Source of the DNA: an uncultured Bacteroidia bacterium
GTDB lineage: Bacteria > Bacteroidota > Bacteroidia > Bacteroidales > UBA932
DNA length: 64,000 nt
Assembly: GCA_902769525.1 (NCBI GenBank)
Contig: CACXPG010000006.1
Coordinates: 12,432-76,431 of the forward strand
Direction: 5' to 3'
Shown here: one piece after another, positions 10,033-19,375 of the stretch
Position numbering within the stretch: the stretch's first letter is position 1
How the letters are laid out: each line of letters begins with the position of its first letter
Notes under the pieces: generated by a model
What the model saw: only the letters and a program-made list of their open reading frames with translations
Databases searched by the model: none
Told to the model about the DNA's origin: nothing
Program-made: the position numbers and the translations under genes

Positions 10033-10644
10033 ATGAAGATAAACCCTCCTAAATTCATAAAAAGGATGTTTCCGTCCTTTATCTGGAACCTTCCGAATGA
10101 CAGGAACGAGGTTTATCTGACTTTCGACGACGGTCCCAGGCCGGAGGTGACACCTTGGGTCCTGGACCAGCTGGACAAGTTTGATGCCAAGGCGACTTTT
10201 TTCTGCATCGGCAAGAACGTGGAGCTTTTTCCGGAACTGTTCGAGGAAATCAAAAGAAGGGGACACGCCGTTGGCAACCACTCCTACAGCCACGTGAAGG
10301 GCTGGGGAATGAGCACCGGAGACTATGTCAGGGACATCGACATCGCTGGAGACCTTATACACTCCAACCTTTTCCGTCCACCTTACGCCCGTATCGGGCC
10401 AAATCAGGCGAGAGTGCTTGCAGAGCGCTACAGGCATATCCTCTGGACGATAATCAGCAAGGACTACAGCCGCCGTGTAAACGGGCAGAAATGCATCAAG
10501 AACGTGGTTCCATATCTTGAAAGCGGGGCCATTATAGCCTTCCACGATTCCATAAAATGTTCCGCAAACCTGTTCGAGGCTCTTCCTGTGGTCCTTCAGG
10601 CCATATATGACAAGGGGCTTCACAGCGCGAAAATCGAATTGTAG
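10033..10644 (+). CDS. polysaccharide deacetylase (NodB homology domain)
   Basis: Motifs TFDDGP and HSYSH. Confidence 0.85.
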   Translation: MKINPPKFIKRMFPSFIWNLPNDRNEVYLTFDDGPRPEVTPWVLDQLDKFDAKATFFCIGKNVELFPELFEEIKRRGHAVGNHSYSHVKGWGMSTGDYVRDIDIAGDLIHSNLFRPPYARIGPNQARVLAERYRHILWTIISKDYSRRVNGQKCIKNVVPYLESGAIIAFHDSIKCSANLFEALPVVLQAIYDKGLHSAKIEL

Positions 10645-10669
10645 AAAAGCAGATTCTAAATATTCAGAA

Positions 10670-12022
10670 ATGAACGTACTGGTTTTGGGCGGCGGAGGCC
10701 GCGAACATGCAATAGCCTGGAAAATAAGTCAGAGCAAAGACTGCTCACAGCTTTTTGTAATGCCTGGAAATCCGGGCACCGGACGCATAGGCAAGAATCT
10801 GGCAGGCAGTCCCAAAGACTTTTCCAAGGTCAGGCAGGCCGTGCTGGACAACAATGTGGATTTGGTGGTGGTCGGGCCGGAAGATCCGCTAGTAGGAGGT
10901 CTGGGAGACTTCTTCGCTGAGGATCCTGCACTTAAAGACGTACTTTTCATAGGCCCTTGTTCAAAGGGCGCGGCTCTTGAGGGAAGCAAGGAGTTCGCCA
11001 AGCAGTTTATGCAGCGCCACTCGATTCCTACGGCCGCTTTCCGCAGTTTCACTTCCAGTTCCATAGATGAGGCAGACCGTTTCCTGGAGAGCCTGAAAGC
11101 TCCTTATGTGCTTAAGGCAGACGGCCTTGCAGCGGGCAAGGGCGTGCTTATATGCCAGGACCTGGACCAGGCGAAGGCGGAACTAAGGAACATGCTTGGA
11201 GGAAAGTTCGGCTCTGCCGGAAATACCGTGGTGATCGAGGAGTTCCTCTCCGGAATAGAGGTTTCCATGTTCATTCTCACCGACGGCAAAGACTATCTGC
11301 TTCTTCCTGAGGCCAAGGACTACAAGAGAATCGGTGACGGCGACACCGGCCTGAACACCGGAGGAATGGGCGCTGTCTCGCCTGTTCCTTTTGTCACTGA
11401 TGAGTTCAAGGATAAGGTCATAAAGAGAATAGTGGTCCCTACGCTGGACGGTCTGAGAGAGGAGGGCATACCATACAAGGGGTTCATTTTCCTCGGTCTT
11501 ATGAACTGCGGGGGAGACCCTTACGTCATAGAGTACAACGTGAGGATGGGCGATCCTGAAACAGAGGCCGTAATGACAAGAATAGACTCGGATCTTCTGC
11601 ATCATCTGACGATGTGCGCCAAAGGCAGGCTGGGGGAGGAGAAGATAAAAATATCGGAAAGAGGCGCCCTTACTGTCGTGTGTGTCAGCGGAGGCTATCC
11701 TGAGGGCTATAAAAAAGGAATCAGGATTGACGGAAACGCGTTCACGTCTGACAATCCGGATGTCAATATCTTCCACATGGGAACTTCTCTCAGTGATGAC
11801 GGAATTCTGGCAACATCTGGCGGAAGAGTCCTCGCCATCACGGCAAACAGCAGACAGACAGACTGTTCCAATAATTCTGAAACTCCTTCGCAAAAGGCTG
11901 TCCGCCTGATAGGTGAGGGTAGGGACGCTTGTTATCCGGAAGCCGAAAAGATCAGGTTCGAAGGCCGGTATTTCAGAAAGGACATCGGGCTTGACATAAT
12001 CCGCTTTATAGAGAAGGGCTGA
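10670..12022 (+). CDS. purD: phosphoribosylamine--glycine ligase
   Basis: ATG at 10670 gives MNVLVLGGGGREHA. ATP-grasp core and C-terminal RKDIG motif. Confidence 0.95.
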   Translation: MNVLVLGGGGREHAIAWKISQSKDCSQLFVMPGNPGTGRIGKNLAGSPKDFSKVRQAVLDNNVDLVVVGPEDPLVGGLGDFFAEDPALKDVLFIGPCSKGAALEGSKEFAKQFMQRHSIPTAAFRSFTSSSIDEADRFLESLKAPYVLKADGLAAGKGVLICQDLDQAKAELRNMLGGKFGSAGNTVVIEEFLSGIEVSMFILTDGKDYLLLPEAKDYKRIGDGDTGLNTGGMGAVSPVPFVTDEFKDKVIKRIVVPTLDGLREEGIPYKGFIFLGLMNCGGDPYVIEYNVRMGDPETEAVMTRIDSDLLHHLTMCAKGRLGEEKIKISERGALTVVCVSGGYPEGYKKGIRIDGNAFTSDNPDVNIFHMGTSLSDDGILATSGGRVLAITANSRQTDCSNNSETPSQKAVRLIGEGRDACYPEAEKIRFEGRYFRKDIGLDIIRFIEKG

Positions 12023-12026
12023 AATA

Positions 12027-12974
12027 ATGGAAGAGAAGGTTGACGGACTGGGGTATTACAACAGGATGGCGCTGTATTTTGTGGCTGCCTTCCTGTTTGT
12101 CAGTTCTGCCTTCCTGCCGGATGAGATGGCTTTGTTAAAGGAAAGGTCTCTGACCAGTGTCGCGATGATTCTTCTGGGCCTTCTGGCGGACGCTTTCCTG
12201 CTTTTCTCGGTTTACATCACGGCTGAGCCTGTGGTTCCCCGCCACAAGGACCGCCTGACAGCGATGCTGCTCAGCGCGGCGATGCTTTTCGCCTGCCCGG
12301 GAGCGTTGGTTTTCAGCGAGATTCATATTGCCGCCATAGCGTTGCTCTGGGCTCAGTTCTGCTTGCTTAAGGAAGAGTACTTCATGGCTTTTTTCCTTAT
12401 GGGAATTTCATCGATGTTCTTCCCGCCTGTGCTTTGGGTTGCGCTTCTGGTGATTGTCCTGATGCTTCTGGCCGGTCTCACGGACAAGGTGAGGAACATC
12501 CTGAAGTTTCTGGGAGGACTGCTTGTCCCGTATCTGCTTTACTTCGGTTTTCTTTTCGTCAGAGACGGGAATCTGCTTCCGGTGATGGCGGCAGGGCTGT
12601 CTGTATGGGCGAAAATGACCTCCATTACGCTGGAATTCTTCTCTCTGGGCATACCTAAGCTTTTCCTTGTGTTCTGCCTTCTGGTTATGTGCCTCCACGC
12701 CACGCTGCTTTTTATGAGCAAGATGAGCGAGTACGGAATCGCCGAGTCTTACGCGCTGAAGGTCCAGATTATTAATGTGGCCGTGAGCGCAGCCATCTTC
12801 ATACTGTTTTCGTCTGCAGAAGTGCATTCTGTGGCGATTCTGGCCTGCTGCCCGGTTGCAGTGCTGCTTTCGAGGTATTTTTCCCAGTACGGGAGCAGTC
12901 CATTCCTCAGGGTGGAGATAGTTATACTGCTTTGCGCGCTGGTGGTGTCAAGACTTGGTAATTTCATTGTTTAA
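12027..12974 (+). CDS. polytopic membrane protein, unknown function
   Basis: 315 aa, almost entirely hydrophobic helices (at least 8 predicted by eye). Confidence 0.6.
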   Translation: MEEKVDGLGYYNRMALYFVAAFLFVSSAFLPDEMALLKERSLTSVAMILLGLLADAFLLFSVYITAEPVVPRHKDRLTAMLLSAAMLFACPGALVFSEIHIAAIALLWAQFCLLKEEYFMAFFLMGISSMFFPPVLWVALLVIVLMLLAGLTDKVRNILKFLGGLLVPYLLYFGFLFVRDGNLLPVMAAGLSVWAKMTSITLEFFSLGIPKLFLVFCLLVMCLHATLLFMSKMSEYGIAESYALKVQIINVAVSAAIFILFSSAEVHSVAILACCPVAVLLSRYFSQYGSSPFLRVEIVILLCALVVSRLGNFIV

Positions 12975-13022
12975 GATTAAATTTGAACTTTGTTCGGAAA
13001 GAATGTTAATGTTCGTATCGAT

Positions 13023-14519
13023 ATGAAAAAGATTGTTTCATTGTTTTCTCTGGCAGCTGTGCTCGTTTTCATTTCTGCACAGGCCTCACAGCTTTGGGCC
13101 CAGGCTCCAAAGAGCGCCTATACTCCCCAGGAGTACATAGACAAAGTCCTGAAGAAAGATTCTAATTATCTTAACGCTATTGCGGCAATCAAGGCTGTCG
13201 ACAAGAACGGAAAGGTAGTGGCAGAGTGGAATTCAAATCTTCCGGTACTGACCGCATCCACCCTTAAGACCATCACATGCGGAATGGCTCTGGCTTATCT
13301 GGGAGAGGATTACAAATTCTCTACCTGGCTCAAGCACAGCGGAACAGTAAAGGACGGTGTTCTTTATGGAGACCTCTGGATAGTTGGCGGCGGAGACCCT
13401 ACGCTTGGCAGCGAAGACGGAATGGCTTATCCTATAGATTCAATCTTCGGAGTATGGACCTCAGCGATGAAAGAGCTGGGAATCAGAAAGGTAGAAGGCA
13501 ATGTTATCGTAGATGACAGATATTTGGACAGGGAGGTGATTCCTTCTTCCTGGGAATGGGGAAACATTGGCTACGATTACGGTTCAGCTCCTAGCGGACT
13601 GCCGTTCCACCAGGATATCCAGAACGTGAGGATCATTCCTGGAAAGAAAGAGGGCGAGAAACCTCAGATCAAGGTTCTGTATCCTCAGATCCCGGGCTTC
13701 ACCTATATCAATGCCCTGACAACCGGCCCTGCAAAGAGCGGCGACTGGTCTGAATACAACTGCTCAGACCTTGCAAGAGTTGGAAAGTTTTCCGGAAGCG
13801 TTCCTGTAGACAGGGACACTATCCGCAGCACCATCTCCAACAAATACTCTTACCTGTCCTGCGGCGCTGCATTCAGGGATTTTGCCGTATCTCAGGGAAT
13901 AATCATCTCTGGCTCGGATATCCTTCCGGTAGAAGATGTGCAGGACGCTGAACTTACAGAGATTTCTACAGTATATTCTCCGGAACTCTGGAAAATCACT
14001 GCCCAGACACTTCTGGTTAGCGACAACTTCTATGCTGAAACCCTTTTCAAGCAGCTTGGCAAGCAGATGTTCGGAGACGGTTCATACAGAGCCGCAAAGA
14101 GAGCCGCAAAGAAGATCCTGGACTCTCTTGGAGTGAATACAGTTGGATATACCCAGGACGACGGCAGCGGACTTAGCCGCGAGAACTATCTCTCTCCAAA
14201 CTTCTTCTGCAATTTCTATTCTGCAATGGCAAAGCAGCCTTGCTTCCAGAAGTTTGTAGAAGGAATGCCTTATCCTGGAGTCGGAACATTCCGTACCGTT
14301 CTCACAGACAAGAAGAAATTCAACCAGGACATAGCAGCTGGAGTGCACGCCAAGAGCGGAAGCCTTAGCTGCGTAAAGACATACGCCGGATATGTTTACG
14401 CCGGCCCTAAGCACGGACTTATCAAGTTCGCCATACTTGTAAACAACTACTCTTGCCCTACAAGAGAGATCCAGAAGCATCTGGAAGGCTTTATGTACTC
14501 CCTTGCAAGCGCAGACTAA
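13023..14519 (+). CDS. dacB: D-alanyl-D-alanine carboxypeptidase/endopeptidase (PBP4, peptidase S13)
   Basis: ATG at 13023 with a signal peptide. SxxK (STLK), SxN (SDN) and KSG motifs in canonical order. Confidence 0.85.
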   Translation: MKKIVSLFSLAAVLVFISAQASQLWAQAPKSAYTPQEYIDKVLKKDSNYLNAIAAIKAVDKNGKVVAEWNSNLPVLTASTLKTITCGMALAYLGEDYKFSTWLKHSGTVKDGVLYGDLWIVGGGDPTLGSEDGMAYPIDSIFGVWTSAMKELGIRKVEGNVIVDDRYLDREVIPSSWEWGNIGYDYGSAPSGLPFHQDIQNVRIIPGKKEGEKPQIKVLYPQIPGFTYINALTTGPAKSGDWSEYNCSDLARVGKFSGSVPVDRDTIRSTISNKYSYLSCGAAFRDFAVSQGIIISGSDILPVEDVQDAELTEISTVYSPELWKITAQTLLVSDNFYAETLFKQLGKQMFGDGSYRAAKRAAKKILDSLGVNTVGYTQDDGSGLSRENYLSPNFFCNFYSAMAKQPCFQKFVEGMPYPGVGTFRTVLTDKKKFNQDIAAGVHAKSGSLSCVKTYAGYVYAGPKHGLIKFAILVNNYSCPTREIQKHLEGFMYSLASAD

Positions 14520-14561
14520 TCGCCGAGAATTAAAGAACTTATATAAAACAAATACAACATT

Positions 14562-15758
14562 ATGTTAACTCTTTCACAGAAAGCAATAGAAATGCCTGCT
14601 TCCCCGATCAGGAAGCTGGTGCCTTATGCCGAGGCGGCAAAGAAAAGGGGCGTGAAGGTTTTCCACCTGAATATCGGACAGCCTGACATCGATTCTCCTG
14701 AATGTGTAATGGAAGCAATCCGCAACATTCACCTGAACAACCTTGCCTATGCCAACTCGGCCGGTATCGAAAGCTACCGCAAGGGCCTTGCAGGCTATTA
14801 CAACAAGATCGGAATAGACGTAGAAGCTTCAGACATCATCGTCACCACTTCCGGCAGCGAGGCTGTGCTGTTTGCAATGACCGTAATCTGCAATCCTGGA
14901 GACGAGGTTGTGGTTATGGAGCCTTTCTACACCAACTACCGCGCATTTGCCATCCAGACAGGCGTTACGCTGGTTCCTATTTCTACCAAGATCGACAACG
15001 GATTCCAGGTTCCTCCGATTGAGGAGTTTGACAAGTACATCACTCCTAAGACCAAGGCAATCCTGATCTGCAACCCTGGCAACCCTACAGGTACCCTCTA
15101 TTCAAAAGAGAGCATGCTCAAGCTCGGCGAGATTGTAAAGAAGCACAACATCTTCCTGCTTTCCGACGAGGTTTACAGGGAATTCTGCTATTCAGACGAC
15201 CCTCATTTCTCAGCGATGCAGATTCCTGGCCTGGAGCAGAACGTTATGCTGCTCGACTCTGTTTCAAAGCGTTACAGCATGTGCGGCGCACGTATCGGCT
15301 GCATCGTTTCCAAGAACAAGGAGGTTATGGGAGCTATCATGAAGTTCGCCATGAGCCGCCTTTGCTCTCCAACAGTTGAGCAGATTGCCGCTGAGGCAGC
15401 GCTGGACACTCCTGCCGAGTACTTTGCAGCCGTAAAGGCCGAGTACATCCACAGAAGGGACGTTATGTGCGATATGCTCAACAAGATTCCTGGAGTCTTC
15501 ACTCCAAAGCCAATGGGAGCGTTCTACACCATCGCCCGTCTGCCTGTTGATTCAGCAGAGAACTTTGCAAAGTGGATGCTCGAGGAGTTCAACTACAACG
15601 GAGAAACCACCATGGTGGCTCCTGCAGCAGGATTCTACGCCAGCCCTAACACCGGTACAGACGAGGTAAGGCTCGCTTACGTTCTCAAGGTTGAGGACAT
15701 CGAGCACGCCATCAAGTGCCTGGAGGAAGGCCTGAAGGTTTATCCTGGAAGGAAGTAA
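14562..15758 (+). CDS. PLP-dependent aminotransferase class I/II (aspartate aminotransferase-like)
   Basis: 398 aa with NPGNPTG and PLP-Lys motif SVSKRYSMCGARIG. Confidence 0.9.
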   Translation: MLTLSQKAIEMPASPIRKLVPYAEAAKKRGVKVFHLNIGQPDIDSPECVMEAIRNIHLNNLAYANSAGIESYRKGLAGYYNKIGIDVEASDIIVTTSGSEAVLFAMTVICNPGDEVVVMEPFYTNYRAFAIQTGVTLVPISTKIDNGFQVPPIEEFDKYITPKTKAILICNPGNPTGTLYSKESMLKLGEIVKKHNIFLLSDEVYREFCYSDDPHFSAMQIPGLEQNVMLLDSVSKRYSMCGARIGCIVSKNKEVMGAIMKFAMSRLCSPTVEQIAAEAALDTPAEYFAAVKAEYIHRRDVMCDMLNKIPGVFTPKPMGAFYTIARLPVDSAENFAKWMLEEFNYNGETTMVAPAAGFYASPNTGTDEVRLAYVLKVEDIEHAIKCLEEGLKVYPGRK

Positions 15759-15777
15759 CTCATTCCTGAAAGAGAAA

Positions 15778-15811
15778 AGATGGTCAAAGACTGCTTTGGC
15801 CATCTTTTTTT
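15778..15811 (+). terminator. rho-independent terminator after the aminotransferase gene
   Basis: 12-bp stem agatggtcaaag/ctttggccatct (one G-T pair), 4-nt loop, then a T7 run. Confidence 0.7.
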
Positions 15812-15853
15812 GCCCTAAAGTGTATTTTATTGATAATTTTTCCAAAAAATATC

Positions 15854-15861
15854 TATATTTG
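15854..15861 (+). promoter_or_regulatory. Bacteroidetes-type -7 box (TATATTTG) upstream of glnA
   Basis: Matches the TAnnTTTG consensus, about 72 nt upstream of the ATG at 15933. Confidence 0.4.
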
Positions 15862-15932
15862 ACGGAGGAATCGCGGAGAATAGTGGTATTATTTCAGAAA
15901 AATACATACATTTTTAGATAAAACCGTTTTTT

Positions 15933-18131
15933 ATGAGCAATGTCCGTACCAGAGCCTTGGCAGAGAGTGCCCTCCACAAGGCTGAACGTTTCTATGAAGA
16001 CAACCGTCCGGTTTCCGACTATTTCGGAATGAATGTCTTCGATCTTCCAAAGATGCAGCTTTATCTTTCAAGCCAGGCTTATGAAGCGGTGGTTGAAGCA
16101 GTCCAGAGCGGTTCAAAGATAGACCGCCCGATCGCTGACCAGATAGCCCTGGGAATGAAAAACTGGGCCGTCAAGATGGGGGCCACGCATTACACTCACT
16201 GGTTCCAGCCTCTGACAGACGCCACGGCGGAAAAGCACGAGTCTTTTTCCGACCCGGTCAAGAGCGGCGGCGGGTCGTTCGAGAACTTCAAGGGCAGCAC
16301 CCTGATTCAGCAGGAGCCGGACGCATCCAGTTTTCCGAGCGGCGGCTTGAGAAACACCTTCGAGGCCAGGGGCTACACCGCCTGGGACCCTACATCTCCG
16401 GCTTTTATCATCGGAAAGACTCTTTGTATCCCGACGGTTTTCGTGTCCTACACAGGAGAGGCTCTGGACCAGAAGACTCCGCACCTGAAGTCTATTGCAG
16501 CAATAGACAAGGCGGCTGTCGCCCTTTGCCGCCTGTTTGACAAGAACGTGGAGAAAGTGACTCCGCAGCTGGGCATCGAGCAGGAGTATTTCCTGGTGGA
16601 CAGCGCTCTTTACAGCGCCCGTCCTGACCTGGTTTCCTGCGGCAGGACTCTTCTTGGGCACACTGCGGCAAAAGACCAGCAGCTGGAAGACCATTATTTC
16701 GGCGCGATTCCTTGCCGCGTGATGGCGTTTATGCAAGACTTCGAGACAGAGGCCTACAAGCTGGGAGTCCATCTTAAGACCAGGCATAACGAGGTGGCTC
16801 CGAACCAGTTCGAGTTTGCCCCGATTTACGGCGAGGCCAACATATCTTCAGACCAGAATCTGATGATGATGATCATAATGAAGTCCATCGCAGAGAAGCA
16901 TAACCTCAAGGTTCTGTTCCACGAGAAGCCTTTTGCCGGTGTCAACGGCAGCGGAAAACACTGCAACTGGAGCCTTGTGACAAACACCGGAGTAAACCTT
17001 CTCAAGCCGGGCAAGAATCCGAGGGCCAACCTGCAGTTCCTGTGCTTCTTCTCTTCTGTGATCAGGGGAGTGTACGAGCATAATCATCTGCTTATGAGTA
17101 CGGTGGCTTCGCTGAACAATATGTACCGTCTGGGCGGTAACGAGGCTCCGCCTTCCGTTCTGAGCGTTTTCATCGGCGAGACTCTTACCCGTCTTGTGGA
17201 GAGCATCGAGGCGCTTCCTGACGGAAATCTGGCATCGGTGACAGACAAGGACATCAAGGTCAGAAGCAAGATGCATATTGTCAACCAGATTCCCGAGATT
17301 CTTCCTGACAATACGGACCGCAACCGTACTTCGCCTTTCGCCTTCACGGGCAACAGGTTCGAGTTCAGGGCCGTAGGGTCTTCGGCAAACGTGGCTTCCT
17401 CCATCTTTGTATTGAATGCGGTGGTGGCTGAGCAGCTTGTCCGTTTCAAGGATTTGCTGGACAAGTATATGGACCAGGGCCTGAGCGAGACAAAGGCAAT
17501 GATGAAAGTCATACGCCAGTTCCTCAAGGAAAGCGACAGCATCCGTTTTGAGGGAAACGGTTACAGCGAAGAGTGGAGGAAGGAAGCCCAGAAGCGCGGA
17601 CTGAAGAGCATCAGTGTTCCCCAGGCTTTCTCCGAGTTCACGAGCAAGGAGAACACCGCTCTTTTCGAGAAACTCGGCATAATGACATCCAGAGAGGCCG
17701 CAGCCAGGTACGAGGTGCTCAACGAGATCTATGTCAAGAAGCTTCAGATAGAGGCCCGTGTACTGGGAGACCTTGTGACCAACCACGTTATCCCGACAGC
17801 TATCACTTTCCAGAACTCGCTGATCAGGAACGTCAAGGGCCTGAAGGAGCTGTTCCCGGGCAATTACTCGGAAATGTGCCAGATGCAGATTAACCTGATA
17901 GAAAAGATATCCGGTTACATAAATACCCTTCACGATTATGTCCACGATCTTGTGGAGGCCAGAAAGGTCGCGAACAAGATCACCGATGTTCCAAAGAAGG
18001 CCAGTGCCTATTCTCAGACCGTCTTTCCTTATATGGAGAAGATCAGGGAAAAGGCCGACAAGCTGGAGATGGTCATCGACGATGAACTGTGGCCGCTTCC
18101 GAAGTACCGCGAACTCCAGTCGTTCAGATAG
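15933..18131 (+). CDS. glnA: glutamine synthetase type III
   Basis: 732 aa. Length and N-terminus (FGMNVFD...) are typical of GSIII of Bacteroides. Catalytic core NEVAPNQFE. Confidence 0.95.
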   Translation: MSNVRTRALAESALHKAERFYEDNRPVSDYFGMNVFDLPKMQLYLSSQAYEAVVEAVQSGSKIDRPIADQIALGMKNWAVKMGATHYTHWFQPLTDATAEKHESFSDPVKSGGGSFENFKGSTLIQQEPDASSFPSGGLRNTFEARGYTAWDPTSPAFIIGKTLCIPTVFVSYTGEALDQKTPHLKSIAAIDKAAVALCRLFDKNVEKVTPQLGIEQEYFLVDSALYSARPDLVSCGRTLLGHTAAKDQQLEDHYFGAIPCRVMAFMQDFETEAYKLGVHLKTRHNEVAPNQFEFAPIYGEANISSDQNLMMMIIMKSIAEKHNLKVLFHEKPFAGVNGSGKHCNWSLVTNTGVNLLKPGKNPRANLQFLCFFSSVIRGVYEHNHLLMSTVASLNNMYRLGGNEAPPSVLSVFIGETLTRLVESIEALPDGNLASVTDKDIKVRSKMHIVNQIPEILPDNTDRNRTSPFAFTGNRFEFRAVGSSANVASSIFVLNAVVAEQLVRFKDLLDKYMDQGLSETKAMMKVIRQFLKESDSIRFEGNGYSEEWRKEAQKRGLKSISVPQAFSEFTSKENTALFEKLGIMTSREAAARYEVLNEIYVKKLQIEARVLGDLVTNHVIPTAITFQNSLIRNVKGLKELFPGNYSEMCQMQINLIEKISGYINTLHDYVHDLVEARKVANKITDVPKKASAYSQTVFPYMEKIREKADKLEMVIDDELWPLPKYRELQSFR

Positions 18132-18153
18132 TGCGCATCATTGTAGTTTTTAT

Positions 18154-18161
18154 TAAATTTG
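18154..18161 (+). promoter_or_regulatory. -7 box (TAAATTTG) upstream of purM-like gene
   Basis: TAnnTTTG match 14 nt before the ATG at 18175. Confidence 0.4.
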
Positions 18162-18174
18162 CCAAATCAACAGG

Positions 18175-19371
18175 ATGATGATGGCAAAAGAAGACAATAT
18201 CGCGGACAGATATGCCCAAAGGGGCGTGTCTTCCCAGAAGGAAGATGTCCACAAGGCTATCAGGAATGTGGACAAGGGCTTGTTCCCGAAGGCATTCTGC
18301 AAGATAGTGGAAGATGTCTATTCCAAGGAGGAAGATCCCTGGTGCAGTGTCATGCACGCTGACGGGGCCGGGACAAAGTCGTCTCTAGCCTACGCTTACT
18401 GGAAGGAGACCGGAGATTTGAGTGTATGGGACGGAATAGCCCAGGATGCCATTGTGATGAACACGGACGACCTTCTGTGTGTAGGCATAACGGACGACAT
18501 CTACATAAGCTCCACAATCGGAAGAAACAAGGCTCTTGTGCCGGGCGAGGTTATAGAAAGGCTCATTTCGGGCAGCGAGAAGTTTGTCTCCAGGATGCGG
18601 GACTATGGCGTGAGGCTTATCCCGACAGGCGGCGAGACGGCTGACGTGGGAGATTTGGTGCGTACCGTAATCGCCGACACTACAGTCTTTGCAAAAATCA
18701 GGAAAAGCCAGGTCATAGACAATTCCAACATTCGTCCGGGGGATGTGATAGTAGGACTTGCCTCTGACGGAAAGGCCTCTTATGAAGACTTCTACAACGG
18801 CGGAATGGGCAGCAACGGCCTGACCAGCGCCCGTCACGACGTGTTTGCCAAGTACCTGGGCCAGAAATACCCCGAGACATACGACCAGTCCATTCCCGAG
18901 AGCCTTGTCTACAGCGGAACCCGTTCCCTGACAGACATTGAGCCGGAGACCGGCCTGACATACGGCCATCTGGTGCTTTCTCCGACCCGTACATACGCGC
19001 CGGTTGTAAAGAAGGTGCTGGACAGGATGAGAAGCCGTATCCACGGAATGATTCACTGCACCGGCGGGGCCCAGACCAAAATCCTTCATTTTGTTGACGG
19101 GTTGAGGATAGTCAAGGACAACATGTTCCCTGTTCCGGTTCTTTTCCGCACCATCCAGCAAGAGAGCGGAACCCCGTGGAAGGAGATGTACAAGGTCTTC
19201 AATATGGGCCATAGAATGGAGTTTTACACCGGAGAGTCCGAGGCATCTGAAATCATCGCGATATCAGAGAGTTTCGGAATACCGGCCAGAATAATAGGCA
19301 GGGTTGAAAAAGGCGGAGGAGGCCTTCCTGCCCTTACAATTATCAGCTCTAAAGGTGAATTCAATTATTAG
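18175..19371 (+). CDS. purM: AIR synthase-related protein / phosphoribosylformylglycinamidine cyclo-ligase (Bacteroidetes long form)
   Basis: PurM-fold motifs ADGAGTKS, GGETAD and GLASDG..SNGLT. Confidence 0.75.
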   Translation: MMMAKEDNIADRYAQRGVSSQKEDVHKAIRNVDKGLFPKAFCKIVEDVYSKEEDPWCSVMHADGAGTKSSLAYAYWKETGDLSVWDGIAQDAIVMNTDDLLCVGITDDIYISSTIGRNKALVPGEVIERLISGSEKFVSRMRDYGVRLIPTGGETADVGDLVRTVIADTTVFAKIRKSQVIDNSNIRPGDVIVGLASDGKASYEDFYNGGMGSNGLTSARHDVFAKYLGQKYPETYDQSIPESLVYSGTRSLTDIEPETGLTYGHLVLSPTRTYAPVVKKVLDRMRSRIHGMIHCTGGAQTKILHFVDGLRIVKDNMFPVPVLFRTIQQESGTPWKEMYKVFNMGHRMEFYTGESEASEIIAISESFGIPARIIGRVEKGGGGLPALTIISSKGEFNY

Positions 19372-19375
19372 CAAT

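Noticed and set aside
10012-10623. 203-aa minus-strand ORF, with similar cases at 7297-7944, 8691-9275, 11183-11893 and 18385-19212
   Set aside because: Each lies opposite a gene with diagnostic motifs (NodB, radical SAM, amidohydrolase, purD, purM-like). None has a motif of its own.
11830-11960. Extra segment near the PurD C-terminus (ANSRQTDCSNNSETPSQKAVRLIGEG...) that looked like a frameshift or insertion
   Set aside because: The reading frame is continuous and the terminal RKDIG motif is in frame. Without an alignment I cannot say it is more than lineage-specific loop variation.
15862-15932. About 70-nt leader between the putative glnA promoter and ATG, considered as a riboswitch or attenuator
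   Set aside because: I could not find a convincing conserved stem-loop architecture or a known nitrogen-related RNA motif by eye. It needs an Rfam scan before any claim.
16848-17945. 365-aa minus-strand ORF, plus 16113-16787 and 17084-17542
   Set aside because: All are antisense to the type III glutamine synthetase gene. They are low-complexity shadow frames typical of codon-biased, higher-GC genes.
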